NCBI GenBank assembly: GCA_903907915.1
Contig: CAIVPV010000187.1
Coordinates: 1-37,928, forward strand
Source of the DNA: an uncultured Cytophagaceae bacterium
GTDB taxonomy: Bacteria > Bacteroidota > Bacteroidia > Cytophagales > Spirosomataceae
Length of the DNA stretch: 37,928 nucleotides
Direction of reading: 5' to 3'
Made by a program: the position numbers and the translations under genes. Below, in pieces: positions 8,927 through 18,791 of this stretch (the first letter of the stretch is position 1; each line of letters starts with the position of its first letter). The notes below the pieces were generated by a model, which did not search any database, had not been told where the DNA came from, and saw only the letters and a list, made by a program, of their open reading frames with translations.

Positions 8927-10315
8927 CTACTTACGCTTGTTCTCTAAATACTGAATAAATTCTTTTAAATTCTCGACCGGAATACGCTTACCCACAATTT
9001 TCTTTTGTTGATCTAGAACATAAACTACCGGAGTAGAATAGACATCAAAGGTATTCTTAAAATCAGTATAGTATTCTTCTTTACCAGACTGGGGATTAAT
9101 GTGAATATCAATCCCATTTACCCAGGAACCTATTTTAAACTCCGTAATAAATTTCATCCAAGCTTGTTTATCGCGAACAATAGAGCTCGCTACTACGCCT
9201 ATATTTTTAGATTTGAAATATTCATTTAAGGCAAACAACTTAGGAGTCTCTTCCTTGCAGTGACTGCAATCCGGATCATAAATAAAGACAACGGTATATT
9301 TAAATGGTAAAATAGCGATGTTTAATTCCTTACCTGAAACATCAGTCAAATTCATCTTAGGAAAAGGTTTTCCTAGCAACAAGGGCTTAATAATAGCTAA
9401 CCTTTCTTTCATTCGACGTACTGTACTCGAATCCCATAAAGCTGGCTCCCCGATATAATATTTCTCAGCCAGATGTACAAAGGCACCCTCTGTACCTAAT
9501 ATGGGATTATTCTCGTAGGTGCTCGCAATTTTATAAATGATATAGCGTCGAATATCGGTGTCCTTAGCTTTGGCCAAAATAAGATCAGATTCCCTTGCTA
9601 TCGAATCCGGATCTTGAACAACTAAATCTTTAAAAAACCGCTCTAATTTTCTCTGAAGAAAGGGTGTTCTCACCATTCGCTCATCTGCTAAATCTAAGCC
9701 ATCAAAATAGTGTTTCTTATAATATTGATATTGATACATTTGCATTTTAGTGGTATCGGCTTTCGATTTTAACGTGCCCGTATACACTGGAATTTCAGGA
9801 TCAAAAGAGGATTCAATTAACTTAGACACAAATAGTGAAGCATTTACGGTCTTCCATTGTTTTTGAAAAACCTGAATTTCTTTACTCACACTTTGCTTCT
9901 GTGCAGGAGCTAAATTAGGTTGATTTATCGCCGTATATAAATCGTTCATCTTACGCTGAAATATATAAAATGCGGTATTCTCGGATGAATTAACGAAAGT
10001 AATGGAATTCAAAATATCAGTAGTATCAAGTGAAAAAGAAAAATTAGCATCCTCCATTACCACATCGATATACTTAGATTTGAGAAACGATATCAGGTAT
10101 AAGCCTTTAGGTAATAACTCATTACCCTTAAATTGAAATTCACCTGCCTCATTCGCCATTACTGTGTCTTTAATGACTTGTTGGTTATAACCAAAATAAT
10201 GAGCTAAATACACCTCTGATTTAGACAAGCCTGTAATTTTTCCCTTAATATTGTACTGTGCAAACGAACACGTACCGAATAATAAAATAAAAAGAAGAGA
10301 ACCAACTACTTTCAT
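8927..10315 (-). CDS. Exported TlpA/redoxin-like protein with DUF4369/DUF5106-like N-terminal region
   Basis: Signal peptide SFA-Q; C-terminal thioredoxin fold with YDPDCSHC and DVYSTPVVYVLD. Confidence 0.8.
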   Translation of the reverse strand: MKVVGSLLFILLFGTCSFAQYNIKGKITGLSKSEVYLAHYFGYNQQVIKDTVMANEAGEFQFKGNELLPKGLYLISFLKSKYIDVVMEDANFSFSLDTTDILNSITFVNSSENTAFYIFQRKMNDLYTAINQPNLAPAQKQSVSKEIQVFQKQWKTVNASLFVSKLIESSFDPEIPVYTGTLKSKADTTKMQMYQYQYYKKHYFDGLDLADERMVRTPFLQRKLERFFKDLVVQDPDSIARESDLILAKAKDTDIRRYIIYKIASTYENNPILGTEGAFVHLAEKYYIGEPALWDSSTVRRMKERLAIIKPLLLGKPFPKMNLTDVSGKELNIAILPFKYTVVFIYDPDCSHCKEETPKLFALNEYFKSKNIGVVASSIVRDKQAWMKFITEFKIGSWVNGIDIHINPQSGKEEYYTDFKNTFDVYSTPVVYVLDQQKKIVGKRIPVENLKEFIQYLENKRK

Positions 10316-10325
10316 AAGATTAGAA

Positions 10326-10333
10326 TAAATTTG
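10326..10333 (+). promoter_or_regulatory. -7 box TAAATTTG for the YdcF gene
   Basis: Exact TAnnTTTG match 22 bp upstream of ATG 10356. Confidence 0.6.
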
Positions 10334-10355
10334 TGTCTACAGAATCAAATTTACG

Positions 10356-11102
10356 ATGTTTTTTATCCTTTCTAAAATACTTGACTTTTTACTTCAACCA
10401 ATTTGCTGGATATTTATCCTACTAGGCTTTGCCTACTTTAGTCGCTTTTCGAAACGATTTATTGCTATAAGCGTAGGCATGTTATTAGTATTCAGCAATG
10501 GTTATTTCGTTAATCAATGTTATTTAGCCTATGAAAGCCCACAAACCTCATTAAAGCATCCCTACCAGTGGTGTGTCATTCTAGGGGGTGGAATGATGCG
10601 CTCAGGAGAAGGATACCGAACAGGAGAAACAGCTGACCGTTTTGTTCAACCTTTATTACTTTACAAAAAAGGCTTAGTGAAAAAACTGATCATCACAGGG
10701 GGAAATGTCAATATTAAAGGCTTGAAAATCGATGATACACAAGAAAGTAAAAAAGTAAAAGAGGTATTAATTGCGATGGGCGTAGCTGAAAAAGATATTT
10801 ACTTAGAAGAAGAGGCACGAAATACACACGAAAATGCGGTATATACCAAGCAGATGTTAACACCATTTTTGGCAGATAAAATATTATTAGTCACATCTGC
10901 CATGCATATGCCTCGTGCGAAGGCTTGCTATATAAAAGAAGGTTTCTTAGTAGATGATTTTCCTGCAGATATAAAGAAAAAGGATACCCCTTCAGGTATC
11001 CTTGATCAAATCATTCCTCAAGAACGTAACCTGAGTAAATTCGCTGAATTAATCAGGGAAATCGCTGGTTACGCTATTTATAAGTTAATAGGTTTTGCCT
11101 AA
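10356..11102 (+). CDS. YdcF/ElyC/SanA family protein (DUF218)
   Basis: Two N-terminal TM segments; VILGGG, LIITGG, ARNTHENA, LLVTSAMHMPRA. Confidence 0.9.
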   Translation: MFFILSKILDFLLQPICWIFILLGFAYFSRFSKRFIAISVGMLLVFSNGYFVNQCYLAYESPQTSLKHPYQWCVILGGGMMRSGEGYRTGETADRFVQPLLLYKKGLVKKLIITGGNVNIKGLKIDDTQESKKVKEVLIAMGVAEKDIYLEEEARNTHENAVYTKQMLTPFLADKILLVTSAMHMPRAKACYIKEGFLVDDFPADIKKKDTPSGILDQIIPQERNLSKFAELIREIAGYAIYKLIGFA

Positions 11103-12073
11103 GTAGACAAAATTTCCACCATGCGAATCAAATCTTCAGAAACAGGTTTCTTCTTTGTAATCGTATCGTGGAAGGGTGTATAAATCAATTGATTATTTAC
11201 TACCCCAGCCATCACATTTTTCTCTCCACGTAATAGACCTTCTAAGGCCCCTAAACCTAACCTACTAGCTAAAATACGATCAGATGCGGTAGGAATTCCA
11301 CCACGTTGAATATGCCCCAAAGTAGTCACGCGAATATCTAAATTTTCGCCCATCTTATCTTTGATCTTCTTAGCTACAATTTGAGCATTACCTTCTTCAT
11401 CCCCCTCAGCTACAATAACAATGGAGGACGATTTTTTCTTGTCAAAACCTTTTTGAAGAATGGCTGAAATTTCATCGACAGATGTCAAATTCTCTGGAAT
11501 CATAACTGACTCAGCTCCACCGGCAATTGCACATTGTATGGCAATATAACCAGAATCACGACCCATTACTTCAATAAAGAAAACGCGATCATGTGAGTCT
11601 GCTGTATCCCGAATTTTATCTACAGCGTCTAACGCTGTGTTCACGGCTGTATCAAAACCAATCGTATAATCCGTACCGTATAAATCATTATCAATCGTGC
11701 CAGGAGCACCTACGGTAGGTATTTTGAATTCATTATAGAATATTTCTGCGCCAGTAAAAGTACCATTACCACCAATGGCAACTAATCCCTCAATACCTAA
11801 TTCCTGTAATTTATCGTATGCTTTTTGTCGACCATCTGCGGTCATAAATTCCTTAGATCGAGCTGATTTTAATATCGTACCACCGCGTTGTATTATATTA
11901 CTAACTGATTGGGAATTCAAAGGAATAATATCCCCTTTAATCATTCCATTATATCCTCGGACAATTCCAAAAACTTCTACATCATGGTAAGCAGCTCCAC
12001 GAACAATTGCACGAATACATGCATTCATTCCTGGAGCATCTCCACCTGAGGTAAATACGGCTATTTTCTTCAT
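11099..12073 (-). CDS. pfkA: ATP-dependent 6-phosphofructokinase
   Basis: TSGGDAPGMNA, GGNGT, PGTIDND, IEVMGRDSG, LGHIQRGG. Confidence 0.97.
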   Translation of the reverse strand: MKKIAVFTSGGDAPGMNACIRAIVRGAAYHDVEVFGIVRGYNGMIKGDIIPLNSQSVSNIIQRGGTILKSARSKEFMTADGRQKAYDKLQELGIEGLVAIGGNGTFTGAEIFYNEFKIPTVGAPGTIDNDLYGTDYTIGFDTAVNTALDAVDKIRDTADSHDRVFFIEVMGRDSGYIAIQCAIAGGAESVMIPENLTSVDEISAILQKGFDKKKSSSIVIVAEGDEEGNAQIVAKKIKDKMGENLDIRVTTLGHIQRGGIPTASDRILASRLGLGALEGLLRGEKNVMAGVVNNQLIYTPFHDTITKKKPVSEDLIRMVEILST

Positions 12074-12111
12074 CTCTTGTATATTAAAATTTCTTAGACC
12101 TCTTAATCATT

Positions 12112-12181
12112 CAAAAATACAATCTTTCTGTCTTTTTACCTTCATTTTTTCTATTTAAAAAGCAATAAAAACGTAAATTTG
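12112..12181. promoter_or_regulatory. Divergent -7 boxes: TATTTTTG (minus, 12112-12119, pfkA) and TAAATTTG (plus, 12174-12181, M42 peptidase)
   Basis: Both are exact TAnnTTTG matches, correctly oriented in the divergent intergenic region. Confidence 0.6.
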
Positions 12182-12210
12182 GGAAGATCAAATTAAATTT
12201 TATTCCGCAT

Positions 12211-13275
12211 ATGAACGCAAATGAATTTTTATACGCTTATTTAAATAATGCATCCCCTACCGGATTTGAGGCTAGTGGCCAAAAAATTTGGTTAGATTAT
12301 ATTCAACCTTTCATCGACGAAAAAATCATAGATACCTATGGTACTGCGGTAGGTGTTATAAATCCAGGGCAGCCATATAAAGTAGTCATCGAAGCGCATG
12401 CAGATGAAATTTCTTGGTTTGTCAATTACATTGATGAAAATGGTTATTTATTCTTGCGTCGCAATGGAGGTTCAGATGCCTTAATTGCACCCTCAATGCG
12501 GGCAAATATTCATACGAAAGACAAGGTGGTTAAAGGTATTTTTGGCTGGCCCGCGATTCACGTTAGGGATATTGCCAAAGATAAAGCCCCAGCCATCGCT
12601 GACATCTTCATCGATTGTGGCGCTGCCAATAAGAAGGAAGTGGAAGAAATGGGCATCCACGTAGGAACGGTTGTTACATTTGAAGATGGGTTAATGGAAT
12701 TAAACGGCAAATACTTAGTAGGTCGTGCTTTAGATAATCGCATCGGTGGCTATATGATTGCCGAAGTGGCTAGAAGGCTAAAAGAGAATAAGGTAAAATT
12801 GCCTTTTACTCTTTATGTGGTCAATTCCGTTCAAGAAGAAATTGGATTACGTGGAGCTGAGATGATTGTTCGTCGATTAAAGCCAGATTTAGCTTTTATC
12901 ACCGATGTAACTCACGATACGCAATCACCCATGTATAATAAGAAAACACAAGGTGATATGTCCTGTGGGAAAGGCCCCGTTATTTGTTATGGCCCTGCTG
13001 TTCAAAACAATGTACGCGATTTCATCATCGATGTAGCGCAAGAAAATAAGATTGAGTTCCAAAGACAAGCCGTATCTCGTTCCACCGGCACAGACACCGA
13101 TTCGTTTGCCTACGCAACAGAAGGTGTTGCATCCGCATTAATCAGCTTACCTTTGAAATACATGCATACAACCGTTGAGACCATCGCTAAGGATGACATG
13201 AATGCGGTAATTGATTTGATCTACAACTGTTTGTTGAAGCTGAAGGGTGGGGAGGATTGGCGATATTTTAATTAA
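12211..13275 (+). CDS. M42 family metallo-aminopeptidase
   Basis: AHADEI, RALDNRIG, VQEEIGLRGA, TDVTH, TGTD, KYMHT. Confidence 0.94.
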   Translation: MNANEFLYAYLNNASPTGFEASGQKIWLDYIQPFIDEKIIDTYGTAVGVINPGQPYKVVIEAHADEISWFVNYIDENGYLFLRRNGGSDALIAPSMRANIHTKDKVVKGIFGWPAIHVRDIAKDKAPAIADIFIDCGAANKKEVEEMGIHVGTVVTFEDGLMELNGKYLVGRALDNRIGGYMIAEVARRLKENKVKLPFTLYVVNSVQEEIGLRGAEMIVRRLKPDLAFITDVTHDTQSPMYNKKTQGDMSCGKGPVICYGPAVQNNVRDFIIDVAQENKIEFQRQAVSRSTGTDTDSFAYATEGVASALISLPLKYMHTTVETIAKDDMNAVIDLIYNCLLKLKGGEDWRYFN

Positions 13276-13327
13276 ACACGGTTAAAATTGTGCTGCGCAA
13301 TAATTTCTAACCGTGTTTAATTAAAAT
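13265..13327. repeat. 63-bp palindrome with perfect 20-bp arms
   Basis: ATTTTAATTAAACACGGTTA (13265-13284) and TAACCGTGTTTAATTAAAAT (13308-13327) are exact reverse complements; the spacer pairs partly (AAATT/AATTT). Confidence 0.95.
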
Positions 13328-13340
13328 CCTCTGAGAAAGA

Positions 13341-13373
13341 AACAAAAAAGGGAGCTATGCTCCCTTTTTTGTT
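13341..13373. terminator. Bidirectional intrinsic terminator between the convergent M42 and S9 genes
   Basis: AACAAAAAAGGGAGC-TAT-GCTCCCTTTTTTGTT with A and T tracts flanking the stem. Confidence 0.9.
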
Positions 13374-13402
13374 ATCCAACTTTATTCTTTGTGCTCTATG
13401 CT

Positions 13403-15502
13403 TTATTCTTTCAATTTTAAATAGCGAGAGAAAAACTCATACGTCCTCAACATCTGATCAATACGTTGACGGTTATTTCCAGAGCGAGTTAGTTCGTGAG
13501 TTCCGCCAGGATGACGTACATATTCAACATCACGGCCAAGCACTTTAAGACTTTTATAGAGCATCTCGCCTTGGATGACACCAGTCCTTAAATCATTTTC
13601 GCCATGGAAAATTATTAAAGGAGTCTTTATGTTTTGAACATAGGAATAAGGTGATTCCCTATCAAGAATTGCTTTAGTAGCTTTTTCCCACGGATATCCA
13701 CCAAAATAATTTGGCACCAAACGCCACGCATTACCTTCACCCATAAAGGTTGATAATTCATACACGCCTCTTTGAGCACAGGCCACTTTAAATCGATTAG
13801 TATGACCTACAATCCAAGCGACAAGATAACCGGCATAAGAACCTCCCGTTACAGCTAGTTGTGTGGCATCTGCCCAACCCTCAGCAATCGTTAAATCTAA
13901 TGCCTTCATCACATCTGAGGTAGGTCCTGAACCCCAATCCTTTACATTGGCCGCTAGGAATTCGGATCCATATCCTCCAGAACCCCTTGGATTCGCGTAA
14001 ACAACGCCCATTCCTTTCGCGGCATAATATTGGAATTCGTGCCACATACTCGCTTCACCTGTTCCCCACATGGCTGAGGGTCCACCATGAATATTTAAAA
14101 CTAAAGGATATTTCTTTCCTGCTTCGAATTCCGTTGGCTTCATGACCCAATAGTCAATTTTTTGTCCTTTTGAATTCGTAAAAGTATGCTTCAAGGGTTT
14201 AATAATTTCTTTATTTGCTAACCAATCCGTATTTAATGAGGTGAAACGTTTCTCTGAATCGAAGGATTGATAGTAGATTTCAGAGGGATTATCGATCCCT
14301 GTTTTGGCATAAACAAAACCAGTTGCCTGTGTATCAAATCCTAAAATACCTTCTGTAATTGATGTTATTTGCTTCACTTGCTTAGAAGCTATATCAAAAG
14401 AATAAATCGGTGCACCACCCTGATCTTGAGCCGTAAAATAGAGCTTAGTTTCATCGGAAGACCATTTTACCTGAGTAATAACTCGATCAAAAGGAACCTT
14501 AATGATTAGAGCAGGATTAGTAAGCGAGATTATTTGTAAAGAAGCATTCTGAACTCCCGTTGACTTGGCTTCTTGAAAAGCCATCCATTTTTCGGATGGA
14601 GATAAAATTAAATTGGACATTCGGTATCCAGATTTTTGGTAGATAACTTTTGAATCAAATCCAATATAAGAATCTAGTACCTTATCCGGGTGAATCAGAG
14701 AATCCGCTGGAACTATACCATAAATGCCCTCCGCTCCTATCTCAAAATCAGACCAACGCTGAAAAGGGTTATTCACTAATTCAGTCTTCCCTACTAAATT
14801 AGTCTTAAATAAAGCCGGTATTGGCAATTCAGACGTTGTCGTACTTTCTTCTTGAAAATTCAATCGATTAATTACTTTGGCTTTTTTATCTACCTCATTT
14901 TGAGCTAAATAGGCACGCACTTCATCGATAGATCCGTTTGGATTTGCTTTCGCTTTTTTCGCTATGCCCGTTAGCATAGGTTTCTCTACTGTCCAGGTAG
15001 GTACTAAACCTTTTTTATTATAGACGGAATCCGTTAAAAATTCTTTCACCGTAAACGAGGCTTGAAAATAAATTTCTTTACCTGAAGCAGCCCAGACAGG
15101 ATTGGATACTGAAAATGATAAACTAGTAATAGCTTGCGGTTCCCCTCCTGCCAGATCAAGCACATATACCTGAGACTTAGTGCCCATATCTCGCGTAAAG
15201 CTAATTTTAGTTCCATCAGGATTCCAAGAGGGAGATGAAATTGAATTCTTTCCTGAAGTCAAAGCACGCGTTTCTCCTGTTATAAGATTACCAAGATGCA
15301 AGTGTGTTTGATAGACAAAGTCCCCCTTTTTTTCTGGATCATCTACTATAGACGTAACCGTATAGATAAATTGTGAACCTTTGGGAGAAACCTGAGGCCT
15401 TCCTGCCGTCTTAATTTTCAATAAATCAGTGACTTGAATTTTCTCTTTGGGACTTTGGCAAAAAACAGAAAAGGAAATAAGTAGAAATAATAGGTGTTTC
15501 AT
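13403..15502 (-). CDS. S9 family (S9C acylaminoacyl/dipeptidyl aminopeptidase-like) serine peptidase, exported
   Basis: Signal peptide, beta-propeller with PD40-like repeats, IHGGP, NPRGSGGYG, nucleophile motif GGSYAG, HGEND, GGTHEL. Confidence 0.93.
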   Translation of the reverse strand: MKHLLFLLISFSVFCQSPKEKIQVTDLLKIKTAGRPQVSPKGSQFIYTVTSIVDDPEKKGDFVYQTHLHLGNLITGETRALTSGKNSISSPSWNPDGTKISFTRDMGTKSQVYVLDLAGGEPQAITSLSFSVSNPVWAASGKEIYFQASFTVKEFLTDSVYNKKGLVPTWTVEKPMLTGIAKKAKANPNGSIDEVRAYLAQNEVDKKAKVINRLNFQEESTTTSELPIPALFKTNLVGKTELVNNPFQRWSDFEIGAEGIYGIVPADSLIHPDKVLDSYIGFDSKVIYQKSGYRMSNLILSPSEKWMAFQEAKSTGVQNASLQIISLTNPALIIKVPFDRVITQVKWSSDETKLYFTAQDQGGAPIYSFDIASKQVKQITSITEGILGFDTQATGFVYAKTGIDNPSEIYYQSFDSEKRFTSLNTDWLANKEIIKPLKHTFTNSKGQKIDYWVMKPTEFEAGKKYPLVLNIHGGPSAMWGTGEASMWHEFQYYAAKGMGVVYANPRGSGGYGSEFLAANVKDWGSGPTSDVMKALDLTIAEGWADATQLAVTGGSYAGYLVAWIVGHTNRFKVACAQRGVYELSTFMGEGNAWRLVPNYFGGYPWEKATKAILDRESPYSYVQNIKTPLIIFHGENDLRTGVIQGEMLYKSLKVLGRDVEYVRHPGGTHELTRSGNNRQRIDQMLRTYEFFSRYLKLKE

Positions 15503-15519
15503 AGAGGAAATGTCTTGTT

Positions 15520-15554
15520 AAAAAAAATGCTCAGTATCCGAAGACACTGAGCAT
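15520..15554 (-). terminator. Intrinsic terminator of the leu operon
   Basis: Minus strand ATGCTCAGTGTC-TTCG-GATACTGAGCAT followed by a T tract; C(UUCG)G tetraloop. Confidence 0.92.
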
Positions 15555-15574
15555 AAAAATACAAGTAAATTCGA

Positions 15575-16648
15575 TTAAATCAATTTCAAAATCTCTTCAC
15601 CGATGGCATCCGTTCCTAAAATCATAGATTTATCTGTAGAAGCATCTGCAATATCAGCTGTACGGTAACCTTTCTTTAAAACTTTATCCACCGCATTGAT
15701 GACCACTTCGGATTCGACTTTCATACCAAATGAAATATCTAATAATAGGGCCACTGATAGCACAGAAGCCATCGGATTCGCTAAACCCTTACCCGTAATA
15801 TCGTGTGCTGAACCGTGAATAGGCTCATAAACCCCAGTTCCATCACCGATAGATGCTGAAGCTAACATACCCATAGAACCAGCAATTTGAGAGGCTTCAT
15901 CAGTTAAAATATCCCCAAATAAATTCGCAGTTACCACTACGTCAAAACGCTTCGGATCTTTAATTAATAACATCGCGGTCGAATCTACAAACTGGTATTC
16001 CACCGTAACATCGGGATATTCTAAAGCTAGTTTCTGAATCTCCTCACGCCATAAACGAGATGATTCTAATACGTTCGCTTTATCGACAGAGACTAAATGC
16101 TTCTTACGTGTACGCGCTGCTTCAAAAGCTTTGCGACCTATTCTCTCTACTTCATAACGGCTATATTCCGCCACGTCATAGGCTGTATCTCCATTGTTCT
16201 TGCGACCTTTCTCCCCAAAATAAATATCCCCCGTTAATTCACGAAAGAATAAAATATCTGCTCCTTTTAAAATCTCGGGTTTAATACTAGATGCACTTAA
16301 TAACTCATCAAATAATTTAATAGGACGTAAGTTTGCATAAAGGCCTAATTCCTTACGCATTTTTAAAAGACCTTGTTCAGGGCGAACTTTAGCCGATGGA
16401 TCATTATCGTATTTAGGGTGACCTACTGCACCGAATAAAACGGCATCAGAGGCTTTCATTTTTTCCAAAGTCTCAGCTGGCAATGGATCCCCTGTCGCCT
16501 CAATTGCTACGTGACCAATTAATGCTTCATCGTACGTAAAATCGTGGCCAAATTTAGCCGCAATTTTCTCTAATACTTTTTTACCTACTTCGGTTACCTC
16601 TATACCAATTCCATCACCTGGAACAATTAAAATATGCTTCTTCGCCAT
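15575..16648 (-). CDS. leuB: 3-isopropylmalate dehydrogenase
   Basis: PGDGIG, LYANLRP, RELTGDIYFG, DKANVL, NLFGDILTD, EPIHGSAHDI. Confidence 0.97.
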   Translation of the reverse strand: MAKKHILIVPGDGIGIEVTEVGKKVLEKIAAKFGHDFTYDEALIGHVAIEATGDPLPAETLEKMKASDAVLFGAVGHPKYDNDPSAKVRPEQGLLKMRKELGLYANLRPIKLFDELLSASSIKPEILKGADILFFRELTGDIYFGEKGRKNNGDTAYDVAEYSRYEVERIGRKAFEAARTRKKHLVSVDKANVLESSRLWREEIQKLALEYPDVTVEYQFVDSTAMLLIKDPKRFDVVVTANLFGDILTDEASQIAGSMGMLASASIGDGTGVYEPIHGSAHDITGKGLANPMASVLSVALLLDISFGMKVESEVVINAVDKVLKKGYRTADIADASTDKSMILGTDAIGEEILKLI

Positions 16649-16660
16649 TATTATTTTTTA

Positions 16661-18175
16661 TTAAATCAAATTCAACATCTTTTGAGTGGCTTTGATCGCT
16701 GACACGGTTTGATCAGAATCTAAACCTCTTGTAATTAATTCTTTTCCTGCATCCGACCACGTAATAATCGTCTCACACAAGGCATCTGAATCCCCTCCAG
16801 GAGGAATACGCACAGCATAATCCTTTAGAAGAGGTAAAATCTTACCATGCTTCTCAAAAATTATTCCTAATGCTTTCATAAAAGCATCATATTGACCATC
16901 CCCTTGCGCATGCTCTTCAAAAATTTCGCCATTAATCGAAATTTTCAAGGTAACAGACGGACGTAAATCTTTCGAATGCGTTAAAACATAATTCAATACT
17001 TGAACACGCTCTTCTATTGTATTACTGTCTAATACATCCGAAATGATATAAGGAAGATCATTTTGAGTAACAACCTCTTTGCGATCCCCTAATTCAATAA
17101 TACGTTGGGTCACTTTCTTTAAATCTTCATCAGATAATTGTATCCCCAATGCCGATAAATTATTTTCAATATTCGCTTTCCCAGACGTTTTACCTAAAGC
17201 ATATTTACGCTCTCTGCCAAAACGTTCCGGCATCAAATCATTGTGGTACAGGTTATTCTTTTTGTCTCCATCCGCATGAATACCCGCTGTTTGGGTAAAC
17301 ACATTTTCTCCTACAACAGGCTTATTTACCGGAATACGGAATCCAGAAAAAGTTTCTACTAATTTACTTACCCGGTACAAAGATTTCTCACAAACAGAGG
17401 TTTTTACATCCGTTTGGTAATCGTTTAATACAGCTATTACACTAGCTAAAGGAGCATTTCCAGCTCTTTCACCCATACCATTCACCGTTAAGTGTAAGCC
17501 ATGAGCTCCACAACGCACCGCTTCTAAGGCATTAGCAGTTCCTAAATCGTAATCATTATGTGCATGAAAATCAAAATGCGTTTCAGGATAACGTGCGATT
17601 AATTGCTTTATAAAAACGCAAACCTCATAAGGAGTTAATATTCCCAACGTATCAGGCAATAAAACACGCTCAATAGGCTGAGTAACTAAAAAATCTAAGT
17701 ATTGAAAAACATAGTCTGCGCTATTGCGCATCCCATTACTCCAATCCTCTAAATAAACATTAACAGATAATCCTTTTGATTTTGCTAAGGAAATGGTCTC
17801 CTCAATTTCAGCAAAATGCTGTTCCGGGGTTTTCTTCAATTGGTGTTTTAGGTGATTTAAAGAACCTTTAGTCAATAAATTCATCACCTTCGCTCCCGCA
17901 TCTAACATCCATTGTACCGAAGTTCCTCCATCCACAAAAGTCAAAACCTCCACTTTATCAAGGTAACCATTCAAAGCTGCCCACGATGTAATCTTTTTAA
18001 CCGCCTGGAACTCGCCTTCAGAAACACGAGCGGAGGCAATCTCAATGCGATCAACCTTTAATTCGGTCAATAACAATTGAGCAATAGTTAGCTTTTCTGA
18101 TGCTGAAAACGATACTCCGCTGGTTTGTTCCCCATCGCGAAGGGTCGTATCCATTATTTCTATGTGGCGTTTCAA
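16661..18175 (-). CDS. cimA: (R)-citramalate synthase CimA (LeuA/CimA family, Leptospira-type)
   Basis: DTTLRDGEQT, VDRIEIASARVS, NLLTKGS, NVYLEDWSNG, HAHNDYDL, GERAGN resemble Leptospira CimA rather than LeuA; C-terminal regulatory domain. Start uncertain: TTG 18175 preferred because it follows the leuD stop; the track gives 18196. Confidence 0.82.
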   Translation of the reverse strand: MKRHIEIMDTTLRDGEQTSGVSFSASEKLTIAQLLLTELKVDRIEIASARVSEGEFQAVKKITSWAALNGYLDKVEVLTFVDGGTSVQWMLDAGAKVMNLLTKGSLNHLKHQLKKTPEQHFAEIEETISLAKSKGLSVNVYLEDWSNGMRNSADYVFQYLDFLVTQPIERVLLPDTLGILTPYEVCVFIKQLIARYPETHFDFHAHNDYDLGTANALEAVRCGAHGLHLTVNGMGERAGNAPLASVIAVLNDYQTDVKTSVCEKSLYRVSKLVETFSGFRIPVNKPVVGENVFTQTAGIHADGDKKNNLYHNDLMPERFGRERKYALGKTSGKANIENNLSALGIQLSDEDLKKVTQRIIELGDRKEVVTQNDLPYIISDVLDSNTIEERVQVLNYVLTHSKDLRPSVTLKISINGEIFEEHAQGDGQYDAFMKALGIIFEKHGKILPLLKDYAVRIPPGGDSDALCETIITWSDAGKELITRGLDSDQTVSAIKATQKMLNLI

Positions 18176-18179
18176 ATGA

Positions 18180-18770
18180 TTAGCGGTTTGCAGCAAATGC
18201 GCTGATTTCAGATTTCATGGCTTGTAAATAATCAATGTCATCGAAACCATTCAATAAGTTATTCTTCTTATATCCATTTATGGCAAAATTCTCAAATGTC
18301 CCAGTGGAAACAATCGTAATTTTTTGTTCTGGTAAACTCACCTCGATTTCAGCCTTAGGATCCGCTTCAATCGCAGTGAAAATCTCATGTAAAAATTCGG
18401 GACTAACCTGAACCGGTAAAACACCTACATTAATGGCATTTCCACGGAAAATATCCGCAAAGAAGGACGAAACCACGCAACGGAATCCATAATCATAAAT
18501 GGCCCAAGCCGCGTGCTCACGTGAAGAACCAGAACCAAAATTCTTGCCTCCCACTAAAATCTTACCAGTATAAGTTGGGTTATTTAAAACGAAATCAGCC
18601 TTAGGTGCATCATTCTTATCGTAACGCCAATCTCTAAACAAATTATCTCCAAAACCTGTGCGCTCAGTCGCTTTTAAAAAACGAGCGGGAATGATTTGAT
18701 CTGTATCCACATTCTCAATAGGAAGAGGGACTGCGGAACTTTTTAGTACATTAAAACTATCGTAAGCCAT
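18180..18770 (-). CDS. leuD: 3-isopropylmalate dehydratase small subunit
   Basis: [33 protein letters not shown]. Confidence 0.97.
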   Translation of the reverse strand: MAYDSFNVLKSSAVPLPIENVDTDQIIPARFLKATERTGFGDNLFRDWRYDKNDAPKADFVLNNPTYTGKILVGGKNFGSGSSREHAAWAIYDYGFRCVVSSFFADIFRGNAINVGVLPVQVSPEFLHEIFTAIEADPKAEIEVSLPEQKITIVSTGTFENFAINGYKKNNLLNGFDDIDYLQAMKSEISAFAANR

Positions 18771-18791
18771 ATTGCTTTTATTTATTCGATC

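Noticed and set aside
13357-13548. 63-aa ORF with hydrophobic N-terminus as a possible small toxin
   Set aside because: It starts inside the terminator hairpin and is mostly antisense to the S9 peptidase; the hydrophobicity comes from T tracts.
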